Below, one piece after another: positions 34,214-45,974 of a stretch of 64,000 bases of DNA. The position numbers were made by a program, and so were the translations under genes. This DNA is from Macrostomum lignano. Its lineage: Eukaryota. The notes below the pieces were generated by a model that did not search any database, was not told the DNA's origin, and worked only from the letters and a program-made list of their open reading frames with translations. Position 1 is the stretch's first letter, and each line of letters begins with the position of its first letter. The DNA is taken from positions 62,001 through 126,000 of the forward strand of contig NIVC01002622.1 of assembly GCA_002269645.1 (NCBI GenBank), given 5' to 3'.

Positions 34214-34860
34214 GAACTGCCACCGTTGTTGCCTCCTGCCACCACGCCGAAGTCGCTCCAGCCGAGCGACAGACCGTAGTAGCCGAAGCTGACCATGGCG
34301 AACACCGACCAGACGGCGAAGGCGACCGAGCGAATAACTTGGCGAGACAGCAGGTGGGCGAGTGGAGCGGTGGCCGCTACGGGCTTCTGGCAAGAGTGCT
34401 GGGTGGCTAACTGGGCCGGTGTGTTCCTAATGGGTGAAGATTGGGATGGATTTTAATGGGAGTTGAGCTTCCGGTTTGCAGGCAACTTTCGCTGATGCAC
34501 AGGTTACACTCACTGATACACAGGTGACACTCACTGATGCACAGGTTACACTCACTGATGCACAGGTGACACTCACTGATGCACAGGTGACACTCACTGA
34601 TGCACAGGTGACACTCACTGATGCACAGGTGACACTCACTGATACACAGGTGACACTCACTGATGCACAGGTGACACTCACTGATGCACAGGTGACACTC
34701 ACTGATGCACAGGTGACACTCACTGATTTACAGGTGACACTAACTGATTTACAGGTGACACTCACTGATTTACAGGTGACACTCACTGGTTTACAGGTGA
34801 CACTCACTAATTTACAGCTGACACACTGATTTACAGCTGACACTCACTGATTTACAGGTG
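34214..34860 (-). pseudogene. Duplicated fragment of the SLC22 terminal exon, with its splice acceptor and flanking satellite
   Basis: Appears identical by eye to about 36743-37400. It is joined to a SINE at its left end. Confidence 0.85.
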
Positions 34861-35430
34861 ACACTCACTAATTTACAGCTGACACACTAATTTACAGCTG
34901 ACACACTGATTTACAGCTGACACACTGATTTACAGCTGACACTCACTGATTTACAGGTGAAACTCACTGACTTACAGGTGAAATTCACTGGTTTACAGGT
35001 GAGACTCACTGATTTACAGGTGACACTCACTGATTTACAGGTGAGACTCACTGATTTACAGGTGACACTCACTGACTTACAGGTGACACTCACTGATTTA
35101 CAGCTGACACACTGATTTACAGCTGACACACTGATTTACAGCTGACACACTGATTTACAGGTGACACACTGATTTACAGGTGACACTCACTGATTTACAG
35201 GTGAGACTCACTGATTTACAGGTGACACTCACTGATTTACAGGTGACACTCACTGATTTACAGGTGACACTCACTGATTTACAGGTGACACTCACTGGTT
35301 TACAGGTGACACTCACTGATTTACAGGTGACACTCACTGATTTACAGGTGAGACTCACTGATTTACAGGTGACACTCACTGATTTACAGGTGACACTCAC
35401 TGATTTACAGGTGACACTCACTGGTTTACT
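34490..35430. repeat. 21-bp minisatellite, block 2 (TGATGCA/TGATTTA variants)
   Basis: Tandem array. Confidence 0.95.
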
Positions 35431-35894
35431 CGTGAAACTACTTTCTAGCAAAGAAATCTAAATCATCCCATAGGCCCAAATGAGGTTATGTTAGGCCACA
35501 TCAGATATGTGTTCTCTTAGACTATCACGTGAGGTTCTCCAAAAATTCCAACCTTAACAACTAAATGTATTTATTATTAATAGTCGATATTCAGCATTAG
35601 TGTTACAAAGCAAAATATGGAACATCAAAGCATTGCTTGATGGTAAATAACTAAAGAATTGGCGTGCAACAAAAATGTAAAAAAAATTAACAGCTTTTAG
35701 TGGCCACCCAGGATTGCGAGTGGCACAACGCTTGATTTGGTGAACTCGAACTTCTTAGTGCAGAATCGGCCTAGTTTTCAATATTTCAAGTTCAGAGACC
35801 CATACTTCTCACATCCGGCTTCAAAAGTAAAAATGAAAAGAGACATCGATTCCACTTTAAGTAATTAGTACACAGAATGATCTTGATTAAAACC

Positions 35895-36150
35895 AATCAA
35901 ACAACCAACCAAAAAATCAACCAACCAACCGAATAACCAAATAACCAACCAACCAACCAACCAACCAAACCAATCAACCAACCAACCAACCAACCAAACC
36001 AATCAACCAACCAACCAACCAACCAACCAACCAACCAACCAACCAACCAACCAACCAACCAACCAACCAACCAACCAACCAACCAACCAACCAACCAACC
36101 AACCAACCAACCAACCAACCAACCAACCAACCAACCAACCAACCAACCAA
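35895..36150. repeat. (AACC)n microsatellite
   Basis: Just downstream of the SLC22 stop codon. Confidence 0.95.
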
Positions 36151-36210
36151 ACTATCTCTATCGTTAGTCTTAATTAAAAAGTCTTCGTTTTCTCCGTCAG
36201 CATTGCAGCA

Positions 36211-39200
36211 TCACCGACAAACGCCGCAGTCTCTGATACAGCCTCGACCTCGTCCTTCCAACATCTGCTTCTCCGCCTCGTCCAGCGTGTCAGGGGCCGG
36301 ACAATTTCGAGTTTCTGGCAGCACAGCCGCCGACAGAAGACATCCGATCAGGCTAACAACGCCGCATGTGACGAGAGGCAGTTGCGGCCAAAGCTTGCTC
36401 AGCAGGGTGAGCTCCGGAGCCAGAACCCCGCCAACTCTGGCCGCCGTGGAGCCGACTCCGACGGCGGAGTTCCTCGCCGGAGTGGGGAACACCTCGCTAG
36501 CGTAGAGCCAAATCAGTTCAAACGCCAGCAAGAGGCCGAACCGACCGGTCAGGGCGAGGGCGATCGCCGCTTCCACAGGAAGCAGCTGGTTGTGACGCAG
36601 AGCAGCTGTAAGAAGGAGGGCCGCGCCGCCCACACCCATCGAACCGGCTAGAAGGCGAACCCGGCCAAGGCGAAGGCCGCAAACGGTGCCCAGGACTCGA
36701 GCGGCCACTTCAGCGCAACCGCCAAGCGCCATGGCAACGAACGGCGAACTGCCACCGTTGTTGCCTCCTGCCACCACGCCGAAGTCGCTCCAGCCGAGCG
36801 ACAGACCGTAGTAGCCGAAGCTGACCATGGCGAACACCGACCAGACGGCGAAGGCGACCGAGCGAATAACTTGGCGAGACAGCAGGTGGGCGAGTGGAGC
36901 GGTGGCCGCTACGGGCTTCTGGCAAGAGTGCTGGGTGGCTAACTGGGCCGGTGTGTTCCTAATGGGTGAAGATTGGGATGGATTTTAATGGGAGTTGAGC
37001 TTCCGGTTTGCAGGCAACTTTCGCTGATGCACAGGTTACACTCACTGATACACAGGTGACACTCACTGATGCACAGGTTACACTCACTGATGCACAGGTG
37101 ACACTCACTGATGCACAGGTGACACTCACTGATGCACAGGTGACACTCACTGATGCACAGGTGACACTCACTGATGCACAGGTGACACTCACTGATGCAC
37201 AGGTGACACTCACTGATGCACAGGTGACACTCACTGATGCACAGGTGACACTCACTGATGCACAGGTGACACTCACTGATTTACAGGTGACACTCACTGA
37301 TTTACAGGTGACACTCACTGATTTACAGGTGACACTAACTGATTTACAGGTGACACTCACTGATTTACAGGTGACACTCACTGACTTACAGGTGACACAC
37401 TGATTTACAGGTGACACTCACTGACTTACAGGTGACACTCACTGATTCCCGGTTGGCCCTCTTTGTCCTATTATTGATGGCTTCTTTTTGCCTCTATCTT
37501 ACAGGTGAAGATTCTCACTAGTACAGTATGGGACAACTACTAGTAACTGTTGATGTCCACATGTAGCAGGCGTTGTCAGACATCTGTGCCCAGAAAATAA
37601 CTAATTAAACGTATCAAAGCTCTGTCTAAAGTATCCTTACTTGTCTCGCAGCTGGTGCGGATGCAGACTCTGCAAGCTCTGCAGACCGTTCTCCTGCAAA
37701 ACTGACAAGTTCTTGCTATCTCGACGGGTTTCGCTGGTGCAGTCCGTGTCTTCTCCTTCCGATGACTGCTGACCTGACGGCTTTCGTGGTTTTCTTGTGT
37801 GTTGCTGGTGTTGCAATTGTTGATGCTGTTGTTGTTGTTGTTGTTTTATCCTCTGATGCGAGTCACGAATGTACAGATGCATCGCATTTCGACGCTCGCG
37901 ATCAGCCAGCAGACTGTCCAGGCGGTTCGTTCTTCCGTTTACGGCCGCCATTTTATGCAGCGCTGCTGTTGCGTCGCAGGCTCGACCGACCTGCGGTGCG
38001 ATGGGCGGTGAATTGAGAGGCGGGGACTTAACGACCTAGTTTTTGGACCTAAGTTGGTCTTGAAAGTGTGCCACTTATATGACTAGGCATACGGCCTTCG
38101 TATCCTTACGACCTTCGTAATGTATAAAGCGCAGGTTTGCTCTTACGCATGACCGTAATTTTGGGACTACGAGTAACATGGAGTCTCTGCTCGTGCAATT
38201 AACGGCCTTGAGGGCCAACCCACCAAGGCGCAGTGAAGTGTACATGCCTAAGGATTAATCAAGTTAGGGCCGCTGTACACTCCTGTGAGTGTGTGCCTGT
38301 GCGTATTGCTGCGGGCTGGCTTCTGCCCGAGCAGATTGAACTTTAATTTGTAATTGCCATAGACAAGTTTATTTGCCTGTACTGCGATTAGTTGGCGCAA
38401 GTGTCAAAGAGCCTTCGTGACAAAAAATAGAAATACATAAGTATTCAAGAAGACTCTGATAAGAGCAACGGCTGCAAGAGCCGAGAGTGCACGGCACACA
38501 ACTTGCGTAAATATAACGCAATACAAAAGACAGACTTGTAACAGTGGCGTCGCAAGCAGGATGAAGAGCGGTGTGAAACAACCGTCGGCTACTGACAAGT
38601 CTCCTGCTTCGCCGCTCAAACACGCCAAAATGGTGGTGATGGCGGATGCTGAAGCACAAAGTCAGCCAATAAAAGGCTCGGATGGACCAGCGCGTGCGGT
38701 AGCTGGAGCTATGGAAATCGAGCGCCTGGAGTTAGGAAACAACTACTCCCGGTGGCTGGACAGATTTACAATCGTCGCGAAGTTCTACAGATGGGACTCG
38801 ACGGCGAAGGCTCAGATGCTTCTGATGCGTCTCCCGACAGCATTGTACGACACGCTCGCAGATCAAGCTTCTCCGAAGAAACCAAGTGAGTTGTCTTACT
38901 CGGAGATAGAAACAGCTCTGACAAGCATCCTGGTCCCAGCTACGTTTGTTCTGGCGGAAAGATACTCTTTCCAGCTGTGCTCTCGAAAGTCAGGGGAAAG
39001 CGTTCGCACATATGCGGAGCGAGTCCTCAAGGCTGCGGAGAAGTGCGAATTTATAAACAAGGACGAGCGTCTGAGAGACCAATTTATTTGCGGACTGGCT
39101 GACCAAAACGTCATCGGCAAGCTGCTGGTCAAGGACCATCTGAGGCTCAGCTTCAAGGAGGCAGTTGCTGAGGCTGAAGCACATTCAGCATTAGTCTCAA

Positions 39201-42200
39201 CGGACATCATGAAGAGTGCCCCGAAATCTGAAAATTCTGGGATAATGAGCATTGGAATGTTAAAATCGTCATCAAAACCGCGGATCAAGGGAGTGAATCG
39301 ACAACAGTCACAGACTCAAAGCTCATCAAAATGCTCGCGCTGTGGAACAAGCCACGGAAAAGACGCGTGTCCAGCTTATGGAAAGACATGTCGTAAGTGT
39401 GGGAAGCAGAACCATTTTCAGAAAATGTGCCGCTCAAAGTTTGTTGTCCCGAACCAGAAAAACACAGCTGCAGTTCAGCACTTAGACGAGCACTCGCAGT
39501 CAGATCATGTCTTCATGGTTGGTGCAACTTCAAGGCAACCTTTGTCTACGGATGCAGTCGCAGTGACCCTTGACTTCATATCATCAAGTGATAAGGTATC
39601 AATTCCGTGCCAGGTGGATACTGGGGCAGCAGTTTCAGTTATGTCTGACCGGGTCTGGAAGCAAATCGGCACCCCTGAACTGCAGCCTAGCAGCATCACT
39701 TTGACAGGATATACCGACGCGCATCAATTCAAAATGTTGGGCCATTTCATCAGCAAAGTGAGTTACCAAGGAAAAGTGCACCGAATACCATTCAAAGTGG
39801 TTCGTTCTGATCGATCGTTTGCTCTACTCGGCAGGGACATTTTGACCATAGAAATAGATTTCAGCAAGGCTGATGGAAGCGAAGCGACTAGAGTATTCAG
39901 AGCGAGACTAGAATTGATTCCGGATGCTCAGCCAAAGTACATCAAGGCACGGTCGATCCCTTTTGCCTATAAAGATCGATTGAAAGATGAGATTGACAAG
40001 TTGCTAGCTGAGGGAATCATTGAGCCAGTGACTTTTTCTCAATGGGCCTCACCAATTGTCATCGTTCCTAAGGCTGATGGTAGGCTGAGACTCTGTGTGG
40101 ACTACAAGCAAACATTGAATCCACAGCTCATGAAGGACAGTCATCCAACACCGACCCCGGAAGAAGCTTTCAGTACAGTAGCAGGATGCCGAATGTACAC
40201 CATCTTGGACTTAAAAGCAGCGTACAACCAGGTGGAATTGGAGGAGGACTCAAAGCCTCTCACGGTCATGTCTACACCTTTCGGCAACTACCAGTACAAC
40301 CGTCTGGTGTTTGGGATACGGACTGCTCCGAGTATTTTCCAGCGCTACATCAGTCAGGTCATACAGGATGTTGATGGTGCAATTGCCTACGTCGATGACA
40401 TTTTAATTGGTGGTGAGTCAGAGAAGCAGCTTAAGGATCGTGAGAGTCAAGTGCGAGAGCGTCTGGAACAACATGGCCTCAAGGTCAACGAAGAGAAATG
40501 CCAGATTTGTCAGTCTCGGGTTCGCTTTCTCGGGTTTATCCTGGACAATGGCATGATCCTGCCCGACCCGGAGAAAGTGAGAGCCCTGCAAGAAATGGAG
40601 ACTCCCAAGACGATGGCAGAACTAGAATCGCTCATCGGACTCGTCAGGTTCAGTGGCTGGTTTGTGCCCAATCTGTCGCACTACCTGGAGCCGTTGACTC
40701 GATTAATGCGCGGCAGAAGAGAATTCCAATGGGATTCTGAGCAAGATGAAGCTTTTCAGCGTATCAAGTCCATGCTGACAGAAGATTCAGCTCTGGCTAA
40801 TTACGACCCCAAGAAACCTGTGGCTCTGGAGTGTGATGCTTCCCAAAAAGGACTGGGCGGAGTTCTGATTCAAGACAACAGACCGGTTTTGTACATCAGC
40901 AAAAGGTTATCAGAAGCCGAGAAGAAGTATTCTCAGATCGAAAGGGAGGCCCTTGCAATTGTCTGGTCAACTCAGAGGTGTCAGCGGTTCTTAGCGGGAC
41001 GTCATTTCAAGCTGATCACGGATCACAGACCATTAACCTACATCTTTGGGCCGAACGAGGGCTTGCCTACGCGCGTATCAGCACGCCTTCAAAGATGGGC
41101 CATATCGCTAATGGCTTTTGACTACACCATCGAGTATCAACGGTCGCAGCTTATGAAATCAGACGCTCTGTCCCGGTTGCTTAACAACGAGACGGCTCGG
41201 ACGTATACAATCGGGAGCATCCAACTACCCTCAACGATCATATCCATTCAAGAGGTTAGAGACCAATCACAGGATTGCCCAGAGATCGTTCTGTTAAAAA
41301 AAGCCATCCGGACGAGCAACTTTAACGACCCGAGAATCCGCCCCTACAAGGCAGTCGCGGACGAACTGACGATCGAGTCGGACGTGGTACTCCGGGAGAT
41401 GCGAGTCATTCTTCCAAAGACGTTGCGGTTATCGGCAGTCCAAACGGCACACAGCACACATCTAGGCATTGGCCGAACCAAGTCACTGTTAAGAGCACAA
41501 TTTTGGTGGCCCGGCTTGGATCGAGATGTAAAACAACTCATCGGAAATTGCAAGACGTGCAAAATGGTCAAGGCTAGCAATCGAAACTACCTAAAATCTT
41601 GGCCGACAGCAATGGACGCTGGAGAGCGCGTACATGCGGATTTTGCGGGTCCAATAGATGGCCAATATTTGTTGGTGCTGGTGGACGCCATGTCGAACTA
41701 CCCTGAGGTGCATCTGACCGCCAACATGGAGTCATCTACAGTCATCTCTAGGCTACGGAGAACTTTTTCGCAGTGGGGTGTGCCAAGGACACTTGTCACC
41801 GACAACGGCCCAAGCTTCGTCTCAGCTGAAACAACACAGTGGCTGAAAGCAATCGGGTGCAGCCATGTGACCACACCTCCATATCACCCTCAGAGCAACG
41901 GACTCGCAGAGAGATTTGTCCGCACAATGAAAGAATCTGTGTCAGCGTTGGGTCTGAGTCAACACAACATTGACAAGTTCCTACTGTTCTACCGATCATC
42001 CAAAGGAAACGATGGTCGCACACCGTCGGATAAGTTTCTAGGTCGAAACATCCGGACTCCTTTGATGACAGAGTTTTCTGGAGATGACAATGTGGTGTAC
42101 AGGACACAAGGAGCTACGTCACTAGCCAGAATCGTCCTGCCTACAGGCCGCAACACGGCAATCATCAAGCTTGAGAACGGCTTGTACAAGAAGGCTCACA

Positions 42201-44578
42201 GAGACCAGATACAGAGCTTCAAGGGCAGCGATGACAAGGACGTTGGCCCGGAACAAGCTACCACTGGTGCTGCTGGTGAGGTCGATCACCCTCTAGCTAT
42301 GCGCCCTGGAGAAGAGGAGCGGGAGCAGCAGCAGCAGCAACCCAGAAGAAGTGAAAGACTGAGGAACAGACCGACTGTGAATTATAAGGAGTGAACTGTA
42401 ATTTTGAAGCAGGGAGGTGCTGCGGGCTGGCTTCTGCCCGAGCAGATTGAACTTTAATTTGTAATTGCCATAGACAAGTTTATTTGCCTGTACTGCGATT
42501 AGTTGGCGCAAGTGTCAAAGAGCCTTCGTGACAAAAAATAGAAATACATAAGTATTCAAGAAGACTCTGATAAGAGCAACGGCTGCAAGAGCCGAGAGTG
42601 CACGGCACACAACTTGCGTAAATATAACGCAATACAAAAGACAGACTTGTAACACGTATGACTGCGTACGTATCCGCGCGCTTGTGTGCCTGCTCAGGGG
42701 AGTCGGCGGAATTGGCAGCAATGCCTCTCGCCGGTTGTGCGACAATGTCGCTCAAGTGCGCTAGGGTGCACACAGCCTTCTGGCAAAAAAAGTGGCAGGT
42801 TCCTTTAGACTTGTAGGAATATTTTTCGGGATTGCAGAAAGGTTTTGAGATCCCAGTATTCGAATATCTTAGTGAATGTGGAAGTGACCATTAACTTAAT
42901 GCATGTAAAATTTGAAAAGACACCCGTTTTTCTTTCAAGAGTAAAATATCTGACCCTGGAAATGGGAAAGTTCATCCTTCGGTTTATTGAAGGAATGCAA
43001 TACCGAGTTTGGCTAAAGGTCAAACCTGCATGAGCCAGCGAGGCGACTCAACCACGTAGAAGTGGGCGAGCAGCAGCAGCAGGGCCGGGGCCGAGATGAC
43101 CAGCTCGAGGTATCGCCAGTGCTGAGTTACGTAGGCTGCGCCGGTTAGCAGAAAAATTCCTGCACTCCAGCCCTGCAAGTAGTTTATTGGGTGTTTGTAG
43201 GTAATTGCGGAGTAACTCGAAACTGCACTGTTACACGTGGATGTGCAAAATGTCTTCGTGTACAGTAGGTAGGTGACGTTTTTACGGAGACAATCAGACT
43301 GGGTTTACAAAGACATCAGACTGGGTTTACACAGACATCAGACTGGGTTTACACAGTCATCAGTCTGGGTTCACGCAGTCATCAGACTGGATTCACACAG
43401 TCATCAGTCTGGGTTCACACAGTCATCAGTCTGGGTTCACACACTCATCAGTCTGGGTTCACACAGTCATCAGTCTGGGTTCACACAGTCATCACACTGG
43501 GTTCACACAGTCATCAGTCTGGGTTCACACAGTCTTCAGGCTGAGTTCACACAGTCATTAGACTGGGTTCATACAGACATCAGACTGGGTTCATACAGAC
43601 ATCAGACTGGGTTCATACAGACATCAGACTGGGTTCATACAGACATCAGACTGGGTTCACTGCTTGCCCTGTCGATTTTTGCTTTTATTTGCGCCAGTGA
43701 CCGAAGCCGAGTTAATAACTGGCAGGAAAAATTTCCTCTCTCACCTGCTTCATTAGCATAGTAAAGAGGAACCTGTGCCTGCTGTGCTGCATCTCGGTGT
43801 GCCAGGCGAAGCACACAGTCAGCAGACCGGAGGCCGCGAAGCCGGTCACGAAGCGGAACACTGCGTAGGCGGCCACCTCCTTGACGAAGGCCGCGATGAC
43901 GCCGCCGACAGCCAGATTGACGCAGGCCAACAGGTAGGCGTTGCGCCGGCCCCACCGATCCGACAAAATCCCATAGCTTGTGCTGCCAAATAGGAAGCCG
44001 AGCATAAACATCACCTTGACAACCGTTGCTATGGGTTCCCAGCCACAGACAAGACCGAACGATTCCGTCACAGTTTTAGACATCGGGTCGGAGCTGTTGA
44101 AGAGAAAGCGCTGGCAAGGTATTCCGGCTGCAGAAGGAACGCTGCCGTTCTGAGTCGCCTCTGGCGCCGATGTCGGACCGGGAATCTGACAGCTGCTCAA
44201 GTTGGACACCGAGGCCCAGTCGATTGAAGCTGCAGCTGAGGAATTATTCGAGCCGAAACCGGTGGCGCAGACGAACGGGCGTCTCAGCATGGTGAAATTC
44301 ACCGAGTGAATCTGCATCGACGGAAACGCGACAGCCAGCGCGATTGTGACCATGAAGGCGGCCTGGTACTTGTGTCGCCGGCCCACCACGTTCATGTACT
44401 CGTCAAATGTCGGCTCCAAGCTGCCGCCCGACATCAGAGACTCCATCGAGCCGGCTGTCCGCTTCAATTGGTGCTGCTCAACTTTATCTAAGTCGTTTCC
44501 TTCTTCATCATCGTCCTCGTCCGCTCCATCTAGCTGATCTTTGATCTCGCCGACAGCTTGTTTTACAGGCTCCTGCAT
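36211..44578 (-). CDS. SLC22A: Organic cation/anion transporter, SLC22 family (MFS)
   Basis: Exons 43745-44578, 43026-43172, 37641-37990 and 36211-36958, with consistent phases. Motifs [48 protein letters not shown] and VLPETRN. Confidence 0.93.
37020..37445. repeat. 21-bp minisatellite, block 3
   Basis: Array in SLC22 intron 3. Confidence 0.95.
38307..42654 (+). mobile_element. Intact Ty3/Gypsy LTR retrotransposon (Mag-like)
   Basis: 237-bp LTRs TG...CA at 38307-38543 and 42418-42654, identical by eye. 5-bp TSD CGTAT at 38302-38306 and 42655-42659. PBS TGGCGTCGCAAGCAGGA at 38545. PPT AAGCAGGGAGG at 42407-42417. Confidence 0.97.
38561..42394 (+). CDS. Gag-Pol polyprotein (Gag-PR-RT-RNaseH-IN), 1277 aa
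   Basis: Twin Cys/His knuckle ([23 protein letters not shown]), protease VDTGA, RT LCVDY/YVDD, RNase [16 protein letters not shown], integrase [20 protein letters not shown]. The domain order is that of Ty3/Gypsy. Confidence 0.97.
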   Translation: MKSGVKQPSATDKSPASPLKHAKMVVMADAEAQSQPIKGSDGPARAVAGAMEIERLELGNNYSRWLDRFTIVAKFYRWDSTAKAQMLLMRLPTALYDTLADQASPKKPSELSYSEIETALTSILVPATFVLAERYSFQLCSRKSGESVRTYAERVLKAAEKCEFINKDERLRDQFICGLADQNVIGKLLVKDHLRLSFKEAVAEAEAHSALVSTDIMKSAPKSENSGIMSIGMLKSSSKPRIKGVNRQQSQTQSSSKCSRCGTSHGKDACPAYGKTCRKCGKQNHFQKMCRSKFVVPNQKNTAAVQHLDEHSQSDHVFMVGATSRQPLSTDAVAVTLDFISSSDKVSIPCQVDTGAAVSVMSDRVWKQIGTPELQPSSITLTGYTDAHQFKMLGHFISKVSYQGKVHRIPFKVVRSDRSFALLGRDILTIEIDFSKADGSEATRVFRARLELIPDAQPKYIKARSIPFAYKDRLKDEIDKLLAEGIIEPVTFSQWASPIVIVPKADGRLRLCVDYKQTLNPQLMKDSHPTPTPEEAFSTVAGCRMYTILDLKAAYNQVELEEDSKPLTVMSTPFGNYQYNRLVFGIRTAPSIFQRYISQVIQDVDGAIAYVDDILIGGESEKQLKDRESQVRERLEQHGLKVNEEKCQICQSRVRFLGFILDNGMILPDPEKVRALQEMETPKTMAELESLIGLVRFSGWFVPNLSHYLEPLTRLMRGRREFQWDSEQDEAFQRIKSMLTEDSALANYDPKKPVALECDASQKGLGGVLIQDNRPVLYISKRLSEAEKKYSQIEREALAIVWSTQRCQRFLAGRHFKLITDHRPLTYIFGPNEGLPTRVSARLQRWAISLMAFDYTIEYQRSQLMKSDALSRLLNNETARTYTIGSIQLPSTIISIQEVRDQSQDCPEIVLLKKAIRTSNFNDPRIRPYKAVADELTIESDVVLREMRVILPKTLRLSAVQTAHSTHLGIGRTKSLLRAQFWWPGLDRDVKQLIGNCKTCKMVKASNRNYLKSWPTAMDAGERVHADFAGPIDGQYLLVLVDAMSNYPEVHLTANMESSTVISRLRRTFSQWGVPRTLVTDNGPSFVSAETTQWLKAIGCSHVTTPPYHPQSNGLAERFVRTMKESVSALGLSQHNIDKFLLFYRSSKGNDGRTPSDKFLGRNIRTPLMTEFSGDDNVVYRTQGATSLARIVLPTGRNTAIIKLENGLYKKAHRDQIQSFKGSDDKDVGPEQATTGAAGEVDHPLAMRPGEEEREQQQQQPRRSERLRNRPTVNYKE
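43295..43660. repeat. 22-bp minisatellite (TCATCAGTCTGGGTTCACACAG)
   Basis: Array in SLC22 intron 1. Confidence 0.9.
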
Positions 44579-45309
44579 GATGTAGAATGAATGGAAAACG
44601 ACGGTAAATTTCCTTGCAAGTTGTAAACTTCAATTAGTTAGCTAGTTGTACATTTATGACGGTATTGAGGAAGGCACAGCTGTGCAGGCTAGGGATGCAA
44701 AGTTCCATTAGGCTAATGCCTCTCTCTCTCTCTCTCTCTCTCTCGTGAGGCTGCTATATCAGTTTTTTGTACAGCAAAGCCGTGCTTTGCCACGCTCTAT
44801 CCCTCTCCTCTCTTTCTCTTTCTCTCTCTCTGCCGCCGTCCCACTCAAGCTATAGGAAGGGAGAAGCACAGTGTTCACGCAGAAAATCATCGGTGGAAGT
44901 GTACGCTGCAGACATTGCGTTCCTCCTCTCTCCAGCCCTCTCCTCTACCCCACTCCTCTGCTCCTATTCAACTGTGCGCAGTCCACACACAGAAAGGCTG
45001 AATGCTGATTAAAGTAGCCAAGAAAGAAGCACTTTGCTAGCTTCTTCAAGTAGCTTTTACAATGTGCGTGCACTCGTTGTGGAAAATTTGCATCTAAGAA
45101 ACCTAGTGAAAACCAGTGTTGGAAGGCTGCGAAATTGAAAAGTTTCCTGGTTGACTAATATTGCTGTGAAAAGTTGAAAAGTTGCCCTGCACTTGTGTAG
45201 TGATTGCTGCACTGTTGCACAGTTAGAGTTTAATTAAAGTTTCTAGGAAAGAGATGAGGCTAGAGGATATCTGATTAAGAACCTGATGATCGGACATAAA
45301 ATTGCTAAT

Positions 45310-45485
45310 ATCAGGTGGCCCAGGTTGCTATAACCTCAGGGCAGAGCACGCTGCGACCCCTGCTTCGATTCTGATAATTCATTTGAAGCTTTTGCAAAAA
45401 CAATTGACTGGAAATTCACAGTCATGAGGGCTTATCCAAGTGGCACAGAGAGTTTACATGCCTGACGATTAGAAAGTCAATTGCC
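45310..45485 (+). mobile_element. Diverged SINE fragment, family B
   Basis: B-box-like GCTTCGATTC, then GAGAGTTTACATGCCTGACGATTAGAAAGTCAA core. Confidence 0.5.
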
Positions 45486-45974
45486 CATGCAGAATTGCAG
45501 GTTGTGGACGATTTCGCCGAAGGCGTTGCGCCAGGATGACCACAGCCTTCCTGCGAATATCGCTATTATGATTTAGCCTACTATCAACGTTTTGTGTGGC
45601 TCCTTCCCGAGTTCTTGAAGAGGTTCCTAGAAATAGAACTCGCTGCTCCGGAAGTATTCTAGCTAGATAGTACCGTTGTACTACCTATCGATTTGCCTGA
45701 AAATGAACCTAAAACGTTAGCCTTAGACTTGGTAGGGTTGCTGCCACCTTGGTGTGCGGACTCGACGCGTCGGCAGAGTTGTCTATCCGTCACCTGAAAT
45801 AATATAACGAAGTCGTTCAGAGCAAGGCAAATCTGAAAAATGTCTCGACAGTTGATCGTTCCTAAAATGAAGAGAGGAGAGCTCGGAGGCAGAGAGGCAG
45901 CTCCGGTCGAGCCCAGGCAGGACGACGCGACGCTCCGCGCTGCTCCGCGATCTGGAGAAAATGGTTCACAGATG

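Larger units (their letters stand above)
38063..42775 (+). mobile_element. SINE family A copy (38063-38306 + 42655-42775) split by the LTR retrotransposon
   Basis: The two flanks join through the TSD CGTAT into a continuous SINE body, like the uninterrupted copy at 34040-34213. Confidence 0.9.

Noticed and set aside
33465-35430. Each 21-bp unit resembles branch point + acceptor + donor (CTGAC..TTACAG|GTGAC) on the + strand
   Set aside because: No + strand gene spans it (it is downstream of stomatin and antisense to SLC22), so it is probably coincidental.
33451-37417. Repetitive ORFs (LQVTLTD, VTCKSVS) and regularly repeated units that might suggest a CRISPR-like array
   Set aside because: Head-to-tail 21-bp units with no unique spacers, in a eukaryotic context. 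This is a simple minisatellite.
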